DNA of 64,000 bases from Epiperipatus broadwayi (taxonomy: Eukaryota; Animalia; Onychophora), in assembly GCA_028023455.1 (NCBI GenBank), contig JAQFVV010000001.1:4464001-4528000 (forward strand), given 5' to 3'. A model generated the notes under the pieces. That model saw nothing but the letters and a program-made list of their open reading frames with translations, was not told the DNA's origin and made no database searches. Numbering within the stretch: position 1 is the first letter of the stretch; the number at the start of each line of letters is the position of its first letter. Positions 11,955 to 25,288 of this stretch are shown piece after piece. Position numbers and translations under genes: made by a program.

Positions 11955-14205
11955 CAGGATGACCAACTCTCTATTTTAGAAGTAATGTTTTGGATCTTCT
12001 TCTGTATTGGCCTTCTATTTCTCACATATATTTCATTAATAATAAAAATTGCAAAATTTAAATTATATATTGTTCCCATTAAATATATTATCGGAATTAT
12101 TACACTTAGAGATACTCATCAATAAATATTACCTATAATAATTAATAGATAGTTTAGCATCTACTAATTGTTAGTGGAACATCCATTTCCTAATTGTAAT
12201 ATCTGTTCTTGCTTTGTTCATCTTCTTGCTTTTAAATTTTTACTAAATTGAATTCATTTTCATAATGATTAGTGCCAATAAAAATTAAATGAACAATGTA
12301 AAAACTTATGTTTATTTACAAAAAGGAGAAGAACAATCAATATTCATGATTAAATTTCATGGTGTTCTAACATTTATAGAGATTATAGGATTAATATCAA
12401 TTGGCAATAACATTGTTGCAAAGAAGAGCATAAGATATCTTCAAATTTTCACTTAATTTTCAAAAATAGTTAACATTGGTTTTCTGTAGCTAATGAAGTT
12501 GTCATATGATATTAATATCATCTATGTTCTTTATTATTTTTACAGTTGCTTTGTTTATAACCTAATATGATAGTTTCGATTGTAACAAAAGCATTGTAAA
12601 AGTAGTAAAAACATATATGATATTAATATTATATGGATTTGGCAATGCAATAGGAAAGATAAAGTTATAATACTTCATAAAGATGTCATACTGTGGAAGA
12701 AAATCAGAGGCTATTGGGAAAATGATTTTAACACCAAGAAGTATGCAAGATTTTATTAATATTTTGAAGGATCTAGAAAATTAAACAATTTTTTCTTTGT
12801 TGCAACTTTATGATGTTAAAAATATCCTTCTGAACTTCATCATAGAAACTGATGAAATAGCTAATACTGATCATAATTTGATCAAGTTTTTACTTGATAC
12901 AAGCATATTAGATGTAAGAAATTCTAACTTCATATTGTGCCGGTAATGCAAATATGAATTCTGGAAGCATAATTATAGATTCAAATTTTTTCAAGAAGAT
13001 AATAAAAATTTGTTAAAGTAAATTTCAAATCATACAGTGTGCAATACTATAACACATGTATCTGATGGATTAAATGTGAATATTAAAATGATGATCTTGA
13101 AAATATATGAATATTTTTTGGTATCAGCAAAAAGTTGAAGTCAGTTTTTTGATTTTGTTGATTCTGATTAGTTGGAGACTGTCTGGCTTTATCCACTTAT
13201 TAGCTTTTTTAACATTAGCTGTGGGCAAATTCATATAATTGCTATTGCAAAATTGTGAATGATTGTCCAAAAATATTTAAAAACTATTTTAATGATGAAC
13301 ATCCAGAAAAGGACTGTCTTATTGAAGCTTTTTTTTTTCTTCTAAAATTGATGTCATACTTGTTCAATCTATCAGAACTCTTAGAAACTGTGAATCTTAC
13401 TAGAATACTGTAGCGTAAGGTAATGTTCAGATAATCAATTCAGCAGAGAATAGACGACATATTTTCTGATATTAGTATTGAAAAAAAATTAAACTATTTG
13501 GATCCATTCTTGCAGAAATGTGCTAAAGATGATTTTGTTGATTTTTTTATTGTTGTTTGCACATGTACATTTTAAAGAATTTTAAGTTATCAAATGAAAG
13601 TCTCGCCCAATATCTTTTACCACTGAATTTAAGCAGCAAATTTTTTTTTAGACATTTCAAAACTTTGTAGAATTTAAATTTGATTTTGTATATGAGGACA
13701 GCCTGTATGAAAAGTTTTTTAATGAAAAAAGTATTATGATGGTAATCAAAAGATATAGAACAAAGTGGAGTCAGTATATTTTAAGTGGTTTATGAAACAA
13801 ACAAATTGATGTGCAAAATTTAATAAGATTTTAAAAGCTTTGTTTTAGGCATCAGGCTCAAAGAATTTTTCACTGATAAACAACAAGTGGATTGATGAGA
13901 GAAATAAAGCTACTTAGAACTGTGTCAGAGTTAATGATAGCAGTTAATTATGACTCAATTGTAAAGAATTTTTTGAAATTTGCACAAGAAGATAAAAAAA
14001 TGCTTAGTTCTGCAATATCAGGGGATAAATATGTATGTTATCAAATTTATATTCAATATCATGACCTGTATCTTATACAGAGTGTAAATAAATGATTTTG
14101 CTTATTATTATCCATTTCACATTGTGATTATATCATGCTTTTAAAAATGTGCAAAATTTATCACGACTAAATCTTTAAGTTAATGATCAAAAGTTAGTCA
14201 CCCTA
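11955..14205 (+). mobile_element. Decayed hAT DNA transposon (Blackjack-like termini) with transposase pseudogene
   Basis: TIRs are CAGGATGACCAACT (11955) and, as reverse complement, TAGGGTGACTAACT (ending 14205), 11/14 identical. Flanks ATCTTATG and CTCTTATT form a degenerate 8-bp TSD (6/8). Frameshifted translation of about 12480-14040 gives colinear hAT motifs: YDSFDC, SYCGRKSEAIGKMIL, FFFVAT, AGNANMNSG/KHN, ILKIYEYF, DCPKIF, RIFSLINNKW, SELMIAVNYD...DKKMLSSA. Confidence 0.8.
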
Positions 14206-16637
14206 CTCTTATTGTATTATTGAGTTTTGATTTTATTTATTCATAATTCTTAATCTATAGTTTTTAAAATTTTTTAAATTATTTGTTTTTTTTTTAATTT
14301 ATTAATTGTAATTCAAATACATATTTATATCAATTGAAAAATAAAAACCATATAGATATCTCAAATATTTATAATAGGAGAAGTCTGTCAAAATTTTAAA
14401 TGTTTTCTTTTTGTTTTGAGCTCCCTCACTGGTTTTTATTATTATTAGCAAATTAGATTAGTTTTAAGAGATTTTTATTACATGTACTGTATATTGTTTT
14501 TATTTCGTATATGCCTATAATGTAATTTAATTAATTATAATAATTATTTAATGGTGTTGAATTGTTTTTTTTATGTGTGTGTATATATCTATTTGTATGA
14601 CTACTAACTAATTATGGAATTAATACTTTGCAAAGCTCTATTTTATTATGAATGAATGACAAAGTCCAGTTCCAGGTGATCTCTTTTCATCAGAATAGAC
14701 TTGAGTCTTAATAATTATTTTAAGCAGATTTCATTTGCTTTATTTCAAAATGTAAAAGTGAAATGCATAGTCTATTAAGCAATATGCTTTTTACAGTTAA
14801 CAAGCAAGCATACTAATAACATTCTGCATAAATAAAAATTAATTATAATCAGTTTTATTTTTTTAACAAATCTTTCTATTCATATCTGTAATAAAAATAT
14901 TACACTTCATGAAATTCATAATTACTAATGTGTAATCTTTAAACAATTGAGAAGTGCTTACATAAATATATTCATCACAAGTGAGAATTTAATTTCTTTT
15001 TATGATAACCTCAACATTTGAATTAAAGTTAGTAAGAAGCCTTCCAGTTAAACATTTGTAAAAAAAAAAATTATAATAATTTGATTATAATTTCTATCCA
15101 TTCATGCTTTGAAATAAAGTAATTGAAATTTGTTTAATATGGATAAGATTCAAGCCTATTTTGATTTGTGGTAATTTACATTAAGGCTTACTAATGCGGG
15201 GAATTCTCTTGAAACTGATCTTTACAGTTTACAATTTGGAATTTGGCTATTATTTAATATAATAAAATATTAAATGTTGAGAATGGCAGATATACCATTA
15301 GCATAATTATTTATTTTTAATATAGCTAATACTCGGTATAATAAAATGACTCCAGGATAAAATTTTGGTGCAAGCAATTCTGATTCCAATCTTTTTGTTC
15401 TTTGTTTGTTTCTACCTTTTTACTCCTTGTTTTTTGTTGTTGTTGTTTTTCTGGAATTTATATAATCATACTCATTTCACTATAATTGTTAGTGATAATG
15501 TATTTACACTAGAAATGAAATAACTGGTTTTACAATAATTCTACATATCTTCTTATCTGCATCAGTTTACTTGCTTATCTATAAATTTGAAAAAAATATA
15601 ATAAAAAATTTAAAAAAATGAAGTTTTAATTTTCTATTTCACATTATAATTGCTTAACAATATGATCCTAAATGCTATATTCCACTACAAGTAATGATAA
15701 TGAATTTCATATCATTTAAACATTGTATCTTATTGCATTTATCATCATCAATTTTCATCATATGTATTATTTGAAATATATGTAATATAATTTTCTAATA
15801 ATTACATATTCAAAAATTGAAGTTAATATTAATTATTGTGATTAAATATAAACCCTTTTTTTTTTTTTAATTTTGTTTTTAACAATTTAAAATATCTTAA
15901 AGTTGTCTAGTTTTGTTTTTTTTTAATTTCTTTTTGATTCACTGGTAGAAAAGATAGTTCTGACTAAAGTTCTGTTAACTATATGGTTGAATTTATTTAT
16001 ACTAAGATTTTCTATATTTTTATTAATTATTTTTGATGTCTTGATACTAATTTTTAAATTAATATATATATATGTTAAAATGTGTGTAATGTATATGTTT
16101 GTATTTTAAATGAGGAGGAGAGGTTTGGAAGCATTGTCAATTATTAAGTGTCAGATTTCATAACAAATGAAATAAACTATTTAGATTTTATCTAAGTAAA
16201 TAGCTGTATAAGGGACATATGAATGTCATACTCACAACCTGGAATTTGAATTTAGACTATTTGTACTCAGAAATTTTTTTTTACATTAACAAGCCTATAA
16301 CCAAAAACAGCTATTAACTAGAAAGCAAACATTCCATTTTATACTGAATTCATCAGATAAATGTTGATGTATGACTGTAAGAATAAAAATAAATGATGCA
16401 GTTTTTATTATTGTGAGGGAAGTGGGTTGTGGGTTTGGAATATCATTATCTAAAATAGCTGGGACATGTGATCATCAGTTATTGCGCTTAATTCAACAGA
16501 TAGCTATTTTAAAACAATAATGATTTATTAGAAGAAAATAAATAAGGAAATAGAAAATATAATGATTAGATGAACACAAATTAAAATAATTTTTTATGGT
16601 TAATTTTGATAATTTAGAATTTGAATAAAATAATTAC

Positions 16638-16736
16638 TGAGTAGGCACTTGATAGAAATTTTATGTACAAGCCTTCTATCATCCATTGATTACTCTGGCT
16701 TGCACTGAGTGGCAATACTGTATGGAGAGTTTTGCC
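16638..16736 (+). repeat. Dispersed repeat copy 1 (homologous to 45293-45390), unclassified
   Basis: tgagtaggcacttgatagaaattttatg...cattgattactctggcttgcactga...tatggagagttttgcc aligns colinearly with tgagtaggtactagatagggattttatg...cattgattattctggtttgcactga...tatggagagtttagcc. Confidence 0.75.
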
Positions 16737-18749
16737 TGTTTTCAAAATCGCTGCAGCTAAAGCAGGCTGTAGTAGCATTAATTATTGACATATCAAAATA
16801 GAAATATCAAATATTAAAATAATGTTCATTATTAAGAAGTTATCCTATGTAAAAGAAGACTGGGTTGGACATATAACTTTTATTAATTTTATCCTGTTAT
16901 TTTAATAGAATAAATATATTATAGGTAAAAGATAAAATAGTCATCTCACAATAGGACAAAAGTTTGAGCACTTATTTCTTTGTTTTATTCTCTAATTAAA
17001 AATAATTAGATATTCAATTTCTGACTAGTTTTTGAAAATTAGCTGGGTTGGGAAAATCTCAACTCAGATTTGAATCTGTTTATAGGCTTGAAAATTTAGC
17101 TAATATTTAAAAAGCATAAATTTATGTGGAAGATGATTAATAATGATTTTTTTTTTGTTTTGTATCAATAGAATAACATTTTTTGTTTAAATGTGTTTTA
17201 TTTTTATTTTTTTAAACATGTTTATTTGCTTATATATTTTTTAACTTTATTAATATCAGTATTTTATATTGCTTATTTGATTAAATAATATTTAAACTTT
17301 TATTCAGATTATAGCATCATTGGTAATTTTATATGAATGTACAGGCAATATAATTTTTTACATTTTTCTTTTTTTACATTTATGTACAGTATATTATAAC
17401 GAAATTGAAGTTATCTGCTGTCTTCTCTTAATTCTTTTGTATTAATATTTTATCTTTTTGCCATGCTATCTCAGGATATTTTGTCATACATGGTACATAT
17501 TCTCTTGTCATTTTTCCAGGTAAGGTTATGGTTTAATATTTTAACTTTTTCTGCATGGCATTATTTTTGAAATTTAAAACACAATTTTTAAATGCCAATT
17601 TTTTTTTTTTAGTAAAAAGAAAACCATAGTGAATTTGAGTAATGGAGAATAATAATAGGGATTTTTTTTTAAAAAAAAAAAAAGATCAAAATAATTTTTT
17701 ATTTATTTATAAGGAGTAATTAATTATTATATTTTTTATCAACTATTTAAATTTAAACTAAATTTATTTACGATGGTATCTAGCTATACATATAAGCAAT
17801 TTCTGTGAGGGCAAATTAATTTAAATTTTATATTTTTTTACAGACTGTATATTTCAAATTCTTTCAATTTTTTGAAACTTAAATTAATTATGTCCAAATT
17901 AGCACCAAAATAAATTAACATAGCTTTTAACAACTTTAAAAAAAGACAATTTCAGTGTTATCAGTAAATTTCTGCATGCATTTTTGACTCTGCTACTATG
18001 AACAGCAATGTTATTGGACATACAGCTAATAAGTTGAATTTTCAAATTAATATTGTAATATAGAACTAAATGTCTCTAGTGAAACCATTGTTTTTACAAT
18101 TATTCTGTGGTCAGTCTTCTTTCACTTTTAGCTAATATTACTTACAGTGTCATGTCTATAAAAAATATCATTTGTATTTTTAATGACTTTAATCTATTTT
18201 TTACACCTGCATAGTTATTATTTTATTTCCAACTATTTTATAAATAATGTGTTGTGCACTCAACAGATAGTTGCTTCATATAATTCACTCATTGAAAGTA
18301 AATTTAATTGCCTGGCAAGTTTACTTAAATACTTCTCATATTTTTTATGAATTATTCACAGTTATAATCTTTTATCTAGTCTAAAGAATGCTGCTGCTAA
18401 AAATGATTCTGCTAATAGCTTTGTGTCTTTAGGAAAATGTCTAAATAAACATTAAGAAAAATCTATTGATCTTGATAATGAAATATTATTAAATGACAAT
18501 GTCTTAATACAGTTCATTGATTTAAAATGTTATATCTCTTAAACCTTCTATAAACAATTAATTTAGTTATGACATTTTCAGAAAGTTAAATGATCTGTGG
18601 CACTAAGAGTTTTCAGATGGCTTTTTTGGTAGTATTTCTTCATTTGCAAATTATGTTATTGAACTTGCTAGATTGAGTTATTTCAATAAATGAAAGTGAA
18701 ATAATGTAGAAGGCAGAATCAATCAATTAATAAAATCTGTTTTATATGT

Positions 18750-19400
18750 AAGGTTACAAATCCAGTTGTACAAGATAATGTAACACATACTTTGCCTGAT
18801 TTTATTGGATGTCTTATAAATATTTCTCGACTCATTAAATTATATCATTATGAAATTAACTGTTAATGATTATCGTGAAATCTCTATTAATGTATGGAGA
18901 ATCATTCTTAACTTGAAATAAAGCCAGTCAACTAAAGCTAATTCTAATCACAATCATTAGTCATAAGTACGAACTTCTATGTTTGTATGATAGGTTTCAT
19001 TACATCTCAGTATAATGTTAGTATTTGTGCCAAATACGATAAACTTAACACTATAAATTATTAATGTAGTAAAACACTATCTATCAAAATGATGGATTAA
19101 TGGTATAGTTAATGGTCAATTCTCTATCAGATCAGTATCTAGGTACTATTTTAAATTCAATCTGGTCATCATTTAATGCCAGTTTTAATCAAGACCAATC
19201 AGAAATCACATGAAAATGATACATATGCTTAATAAGTTACGCCGTTTTATTTTATATGTGGACTAAAACTTATTACTTGATTTATATTTTATTCATCTGT
19301 TGATTTCCAGTAAACATTTGTATTAACTTTAACTATTCATATTCTACAAACACATATAAACCCAAGAAATAGTTATGTTTAATTACTACATAGTGCTTTG
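18750..19400 (+). pseudogene. Decayed L2/Rex-Babar-like LINE reverse transcriptase remnant
   Basis: Around 19130-19300 the + strand reads QYLGTILNS...LNKLRRF..YVD*NLL..LYFYS, similar to the YKYLGTxLDxKL...LRKLRSFxVDxxLLxxFY pattern. Many stops and frameshifts; limits are approximate. Confidence 0.45.
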
Positions 19401-20479
19401 TAATCTGATGCACAGTTAATCTTATTACAATTCAGATTTTCCACAACTTATACAGAAAATGTTATATTATACAATCATGCAAGAGAATTTTAGGTAATTC
19501 TTAGGTTTAGACAAATCAATGAGAGTGTTAGTCATAAACTCATTCAAAATTAGTTTTGAATAAAGCTTTGTCTTAAAAATAAAATAAGTCTAAAGGGTAT
19601 ATATCTTATTGTTGAAAATTTAAGTTGATCGTGTGAAATTATTTATTGTCAGTACTTCATTACTTTTCAGCTATTAACAAATAAGATTAACACCTATATT
19701 CTCAATCTAAACAATATCATTTACTTAGAAAAAAACAATGTAAAAATTACCGAAACTTAATTTATGGTATGTTTTCCATTTATAATATTACGCAAGACAA
19801 ATTTATATCTTTTATATAGTTTAATACATATGTGCATATTTTATTTTCTTGATGAAATTTGTTTTATATTTTTAATTACATATACTTCTTTACAAAATTT
19901 TTATTAGTAATATGCATAGATCTATAATTTTTATTGTATATATTAAAATGTGTTTGTGTTAAGAATTTAGCAAGTGTTTATTATAAATTATGCCTTTTCA
20001 TTTTGCAATGTATGTCTTCATTGTTGTGTTTATTTGTGAACATTAATAAAATTCTAATACAAAAACAAAATGAAAAAGATGTATCGTAATAAAAAAAGTA
20101 TTTGTAAATATTAATACTTGGATGGGAGTTTTTGTATATGTATTAGTCTGGCTTATAGTGTGATGGTAATCACTTGCCATGCCTGCAATCTGGGTTTGAA
20201 TTGTGACTGGGGAAAGTGGTATGTTTTTGAAGATTTTATTTAGGCTTATACCCATAGTCAATCCAGTTAATCCTTTAATTTTTATTGATTAATGAGTATT
20301 CTGGTTTTACAGTAAGCTGATGGTTACGCATTTTTGCCAATTCTAAAGATGATTTACAGAATATACTTAATATTTTGAATGCAATATTTAATGACTTTTA
20401 TTCAATAATTTATGTTTTTAAAAAAACTACTTTATCAGCCAGTGATGAAAGAAAAATCCTAAGCAACTTTTAATTAGGA

Positions 20480-20700
20480 TGGTTATCAATTTGAAAATGT
20501 AACCAATAGTTTTATAAGTAGAAAAATGAACTTAGGTGTTGAAATACAACACAGATTCCAATGCTGCTGCTGCTTTTAACAATTAAAAGTTAAGACTATT
20601 TCATCACAAGAAAATAATTACTGTAACTAAGTTAACTGTTAATAGAGCTATTTTACTTAATTTATTGTATGGGAGTGAAACTTGAACATCCTAGAAATAC
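20480..20700 (+). pseudogene. Short RTE-type RT C-terminal remnant
   Basis: Frameshifted translation reads EIQHRFQC/AAAF...TKLTVNRAILLNLLYGSET, resembling EIxxRIxxAxxAF...TKxxVYxAxVLxxLLYGSETW. Confidence 0.5.
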
Positions 20701-21885
20701 AATATAAAAGCTTTATTTTTATTGCTGATCTTTCATGGTGGTGAATGATTTATTCTCTGTAATGCTAGTGAATTTATAGTTAGGTCTGAGTTGATCTTTG
20801 ATCTCTCATATTCATTCCTTTTTGTATTTTATATTTTTGTTTATTTGGGGATGATAATGGTTTCCCATCTCCTTATAATTCACCTCTGTAGAGAATCTGT
20901 ACCTGATGATGATGATTTCTCATTATCCCAGCTTCATCCTAATTCTCTATGCCATTAGTTAGTCGTTATATATTGTATATTTAATATATTCAATTTTGTA
21001 TTGACTTGGGTTGATGTTGAGATTATTTTTTATCTCCCAAGTTACCTCTGACTTCGTACCATTACAATATGTATACATACAATATTAATAAATGATTGGG
21101 GGGGGTGGGTCAAATCATATTAATTGATATTAGAAAACTTTTCGAGACATTTTGAAAATAACTTCATTTTTATCCAATATGTTAAGATCAAAAGAATGAA
21201 CCCATCCCCCTCAATACATATTTATCATAATACATTATTGCCTTTTAAAAATCTTAATGTCCACCTTATATTTCACTGGACTTATAAGATATAATGATCT
21301 ATCTGTAAACAATTGAAAGAATCTGAGCCCATCATAATAATAAAAGTTTTCAATTGTATGAAGAGGATTTTGTAATTTGAATATTTAGTGGGGGATTGCA
21401 TGTTTTCATCATTTGATTTGTTACCTAGAAAAGTATCTTCAATAATAACAGATTTGAAATAATGTTATCATTTTTTTTCTGTTCTAGTGTTCTTCAATTG
21501 TTTTGGCTCATGTACTATTCTATTATCTTTTTAGATCATGCTGGAATTTAACGGTAGAAATATGAGTTGGTTCTAGAAAAAAATATCCTATGACTTTATA
21601 TTTTTAATGAATAAAAGTTGATTGTTGATTTTATGCTTAATAGTATTGACATATGATGAGTTATAGCAAATTGTTTAGCAGACCCAGATCATGTACTACT
21701 AGCTTATATTAGACAAAAATTAGCTATCTATACACAAATCAGTATATTACAATCTATGAATATGTATATAAATTTTAGATATAAATATATAATTTTAACT
21801 TATATTATTAATGTTCATTCTGCTATTAAACTACAACATTGTTTGCTCATTTTGATGAATAGATGTGTATGTATATATATATATA

Positions 21886-22399
21886 TGATCACAGATGAAG
21901 CTCTACCAATAGCCCACTCAAGCTTGTTCTCAATAAATGCCGAGAGAATCGAAAATTCAATATCTCTTTCAAATTGTCCCCAACCTTTAAACCATGGTCT
22001 CATGCTAATTGGCAATCGTCAGTAAAGGGTAGGGGGACTAGAAACTAGATCTAAATCCCCAACTCTATTGAACAGCACTTATGTAAACTATTTCTATCAG
22101 TTTGAAAGCACGAATCTTTTAGATACGTAAATATCTTAAAATCCAGCTAAACAAACTATATAGCTATATGGGTCTGAATTCAGTTCAGTTTCACCACATA
22201 GTTAAAAGGTTCTGCAATCTATATCATTGCTAAAACCTTCAAAGGTACCTTTACCTTTTACTGACAATTGCCAATTAACATGAAACCATGGTTTAAAGGT
22301 TGGGGACAATTTGAAAGAGATATTGAATTTTCAATTCTCTCTCGGCATTTATTGAGAACAAGCTTGAGTGGGCTATTGGTAGAGTTCCATCTGTGATCA
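21886..22399. mobile_element. 514-bp MITE with ~146-bp terminal inverted repeats and TA flanks
   Basis: Arm 21886-22031 versus the reverse complement of 22252-22399 differs by about 7 transitions and one 2-bp indel. The element reads TA-TGATCACAGATG...CATCTGTGATCA-TA, consistent with a Tc1/mariner-type TA target. No coding capacity. Confidence 0.9.
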
Positions 22400-24615
22400 T
22401 AAAATGCAAGCTATAGGCAGGTTAAAAAAATTTTAACTTGTTTTTGTTTATCATATATATAAACAATAAAGATATATTTACATATCTATGTGATTTAAAT
22501 CATTGGCATACTTTCTCTTTACCTAAGATTTTATATACATCACTGTAATTGCTGACTCTGTTTAAAAAATAAAAAAAAAGGCAATGAAATATAAGCACTA
22601 GGATTAAAACTTTTAATTTCAGAGTCCACCAAGTAGCAGAATCTGTATATATAAAGCAAATGTTATTAGCTTAAATTAATTTTTTTTTTAATTTCTCTGG
22701 AATTAAAGCTTTGTTCCTAAGCTCTTATCTTTTATATGTTATTTTTTCAAGCATTAGCAATTACAGTAATTTGTATCACATTATATTATATGCATAATTA
22801 TATAAACAATAGATATGGATTAGAATACAAATATTATTTTACTTTTCTTCTTTTAAGTTTATCTTCTCTTTGTTGTTGAATTCTACTTGTATTTTACTTT
22901 TTTGTCCTCTCTACCAAATCTTTTTATAATGGTAAAGAAAGTAAAAACAAGTTTTTTTTTTAAAAAAAAAAATCTATTACATAGCAAAAATCTCTAGGTG
23001 AAAAAAGTAGAGGGGAAAAGCAATATTCTCCAGGCTTGTATAATGATAAAGATTTGAGAGTTTTTTCATCTTTATTCCATTTCCTAGCTAAGAATGGCTA
23101 GATAATCATTTATTGACTAATTTTGGATGGTTGGCTACTTGAAAGAAAAATCCTATGCCTGTTGGAAAAAAATTTCAAATTATTTGGCTTGATTTAAATT
23201 TAAACCAAAATTGTAAGCATGACAGGCAGATGTATTATCATACTTTATAAGATTTAGTTCTTTAATGGAATTTTAATTGTTTTAGAAGAATCAGTTTTCA
23301 TTCTTTTTGATAGATTTTTTTTATTTTCTTTTGGTTAGTTCATTGTTATTTTTGTATATAGAGAAATCATAATATAAACTGTACCATTATACACTAAATC
23401 ACTTATATACTATCCAAAATATATATATAAATAAACAAAAAATAAAAACATTTAAATTTATAAATTTTACATGAAGCAGCAGCAATAATCATGTTTATTA
23501 ATAACATTTTGGGTTAAATTGAAAGAATATAGATTTTATTCATGTCATATAATATTCACATAATAAAAGGCTGAAGTCTAATGAAATTTAATAACATTTG
23601 TTATCTTTCTGAAACAATAAAATAATTAAAATAACTATAAAATGTTTGTACTATTACATTAGAAAGCTTAAAGTTTGCAGAGTTTAATCCAGAATCTGGA
23701 ATGAGTAACAGCAGGTAGGAAGTGTTTATATATTCCAAACTCGATATAGATTTAGAAAACACCTAGAAAAGGCATTGTCTGCTGATAACAAGACCATTAA
23801 TGTTTTCCTTAGGGAAGAAAAAGTTATTGAACAAAAAGATGTTATCTAGAGCATATTTAATTGCAATGAAACTGATATTTCATTATTCATTTTATTTATA
23901 AAAATTAAGATCGGGTATGGTAAATTTATTACTTTTATTTACCTTGTTTAGAAACAAAGAAAGAAAAGCACATATTTATAATTCTTTGAGCCACATATTG
24001 CAAATTTTGAGGCATGTTTAAATACTTTTCTTTAAAATTAATAATATAAATTTTCCTCTTTTGTTTTATAAAAAAAACTAATGGCTATAATCTTAATTTG
24101 CATTTTATTATAATTGAATCATTTCTTTATATTTCGAATATAATTTTAAATAATTACTTGCCTCAGAATTCATATGTTTTCTTTTATTGCTGGGAATTCT
24201 CAAATAAACGGGGTCTGTTTTGGAGCTGAATGATACATTGAGAACTTCTAGGCAAGGCTTGGAGATTTTTACGTGGTTGTGGACAGAGAGACAGAGCCGA
24301 TTAAATTCCTATTTGAGAATTAAATTTAATAACTAGTTTATTAATGATTATGATATATATAACTATATCATAATATATGTCACTTATAGTTTTAGTTAAA
24401 TTCATTGAGTAATTGTACTATTGTATTGCTCTAAGTATATTAAGTTTGAATATTTCTGACACTCTCTTTTTGTGCACCTAGATTTATCAGATTAGCTTCT
24501 TTTTTTTTTAAGAATAGTTTTCAAATAATTATATAGAATTTTGGCCAATTTAGATTTATGTCATCAAAATTGTATTCATTATGTGATAAATATGCTTTAA
24601 AATTGTATGAAATAT

Positions 24616-24920
24616 ATTCCCTTTATGAAGCTTAATCAGAAATTATTTATGATTGTTTTTTTCTATGATGAATGTTAACTAACAGAATTATAAATATTTT
24701 ATCTACTTTTTTTGAGAATTAGGGATAATACAAAAATCTGAAATCATTGTATGATGAATTTGCTTTAAAATAGATTAATTTTATTCCCTTTATAAAGATT
24801 AATCAGAAATTATGAATGACATTATCAATGATTGTTTTTCTATGATGATGTTAACTAACAAGATCCACATTTTGTATCTACTTTCTTGAGAATAGGGATA
24901 ATAATTCAAAGATCTGAAAG
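24616..24920 (+). repeat. Diverged tandem duplication (~130-140-bp conserved units), each unit with box C/D-like motifs
   Basis: Units start attcccttta at 24616 and 24783 and share ttaatcagaaatta, tctATGATGA, gttaactaaca, tatctacttt, ttgagaat, agggataata and atCTGAaa. Confidence 0.8.
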
Positions 24921-25288
24921 TGCTATACAGTATTTGAAATGGTTTGCTTAATTATTCAGATGTATTTTTATTATTCAAGAGTGAAATGTTATTATGAATA
25001 TTGTGTTTAATAAACATAGGAGAATGTATTTCACCAAAGTTTATCATTCTTCAAAAATCCATATTGTTCTTCACCTGTTGGAATATTAATGATAAAAGAA
25101 AGCTATAAGTTAATATGAGAATACCTATTGAATATTGACTGGTTTCAGAGTATAATTAAAAATTGAATCAAATACACTTTAGTCTTTTTGACATTATTAT
25201 TGTGAACTAAATGTATTTTTTTCAAAATTGCTATTGTAATGTTTATTTTTGTTTTTGTATGATAAAGATTTTTCCCAATTATACAATT

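Noticed and set aside
23681-23714. Possible 34-nt cassette exon (ttgcAG...AG|GTAGGA)
   Set aside because: Its length would shift the frame, the polypyrimidine tract is poor, and there is no homology support.
25211-25288. ORF start at 25211 for the RTE protein
   Set aside because: The first 26 codons are low-complexity AT-rich flank (YFFQNCYCNVYFCFC). The element-like sequence begins near the ATG at 25289.
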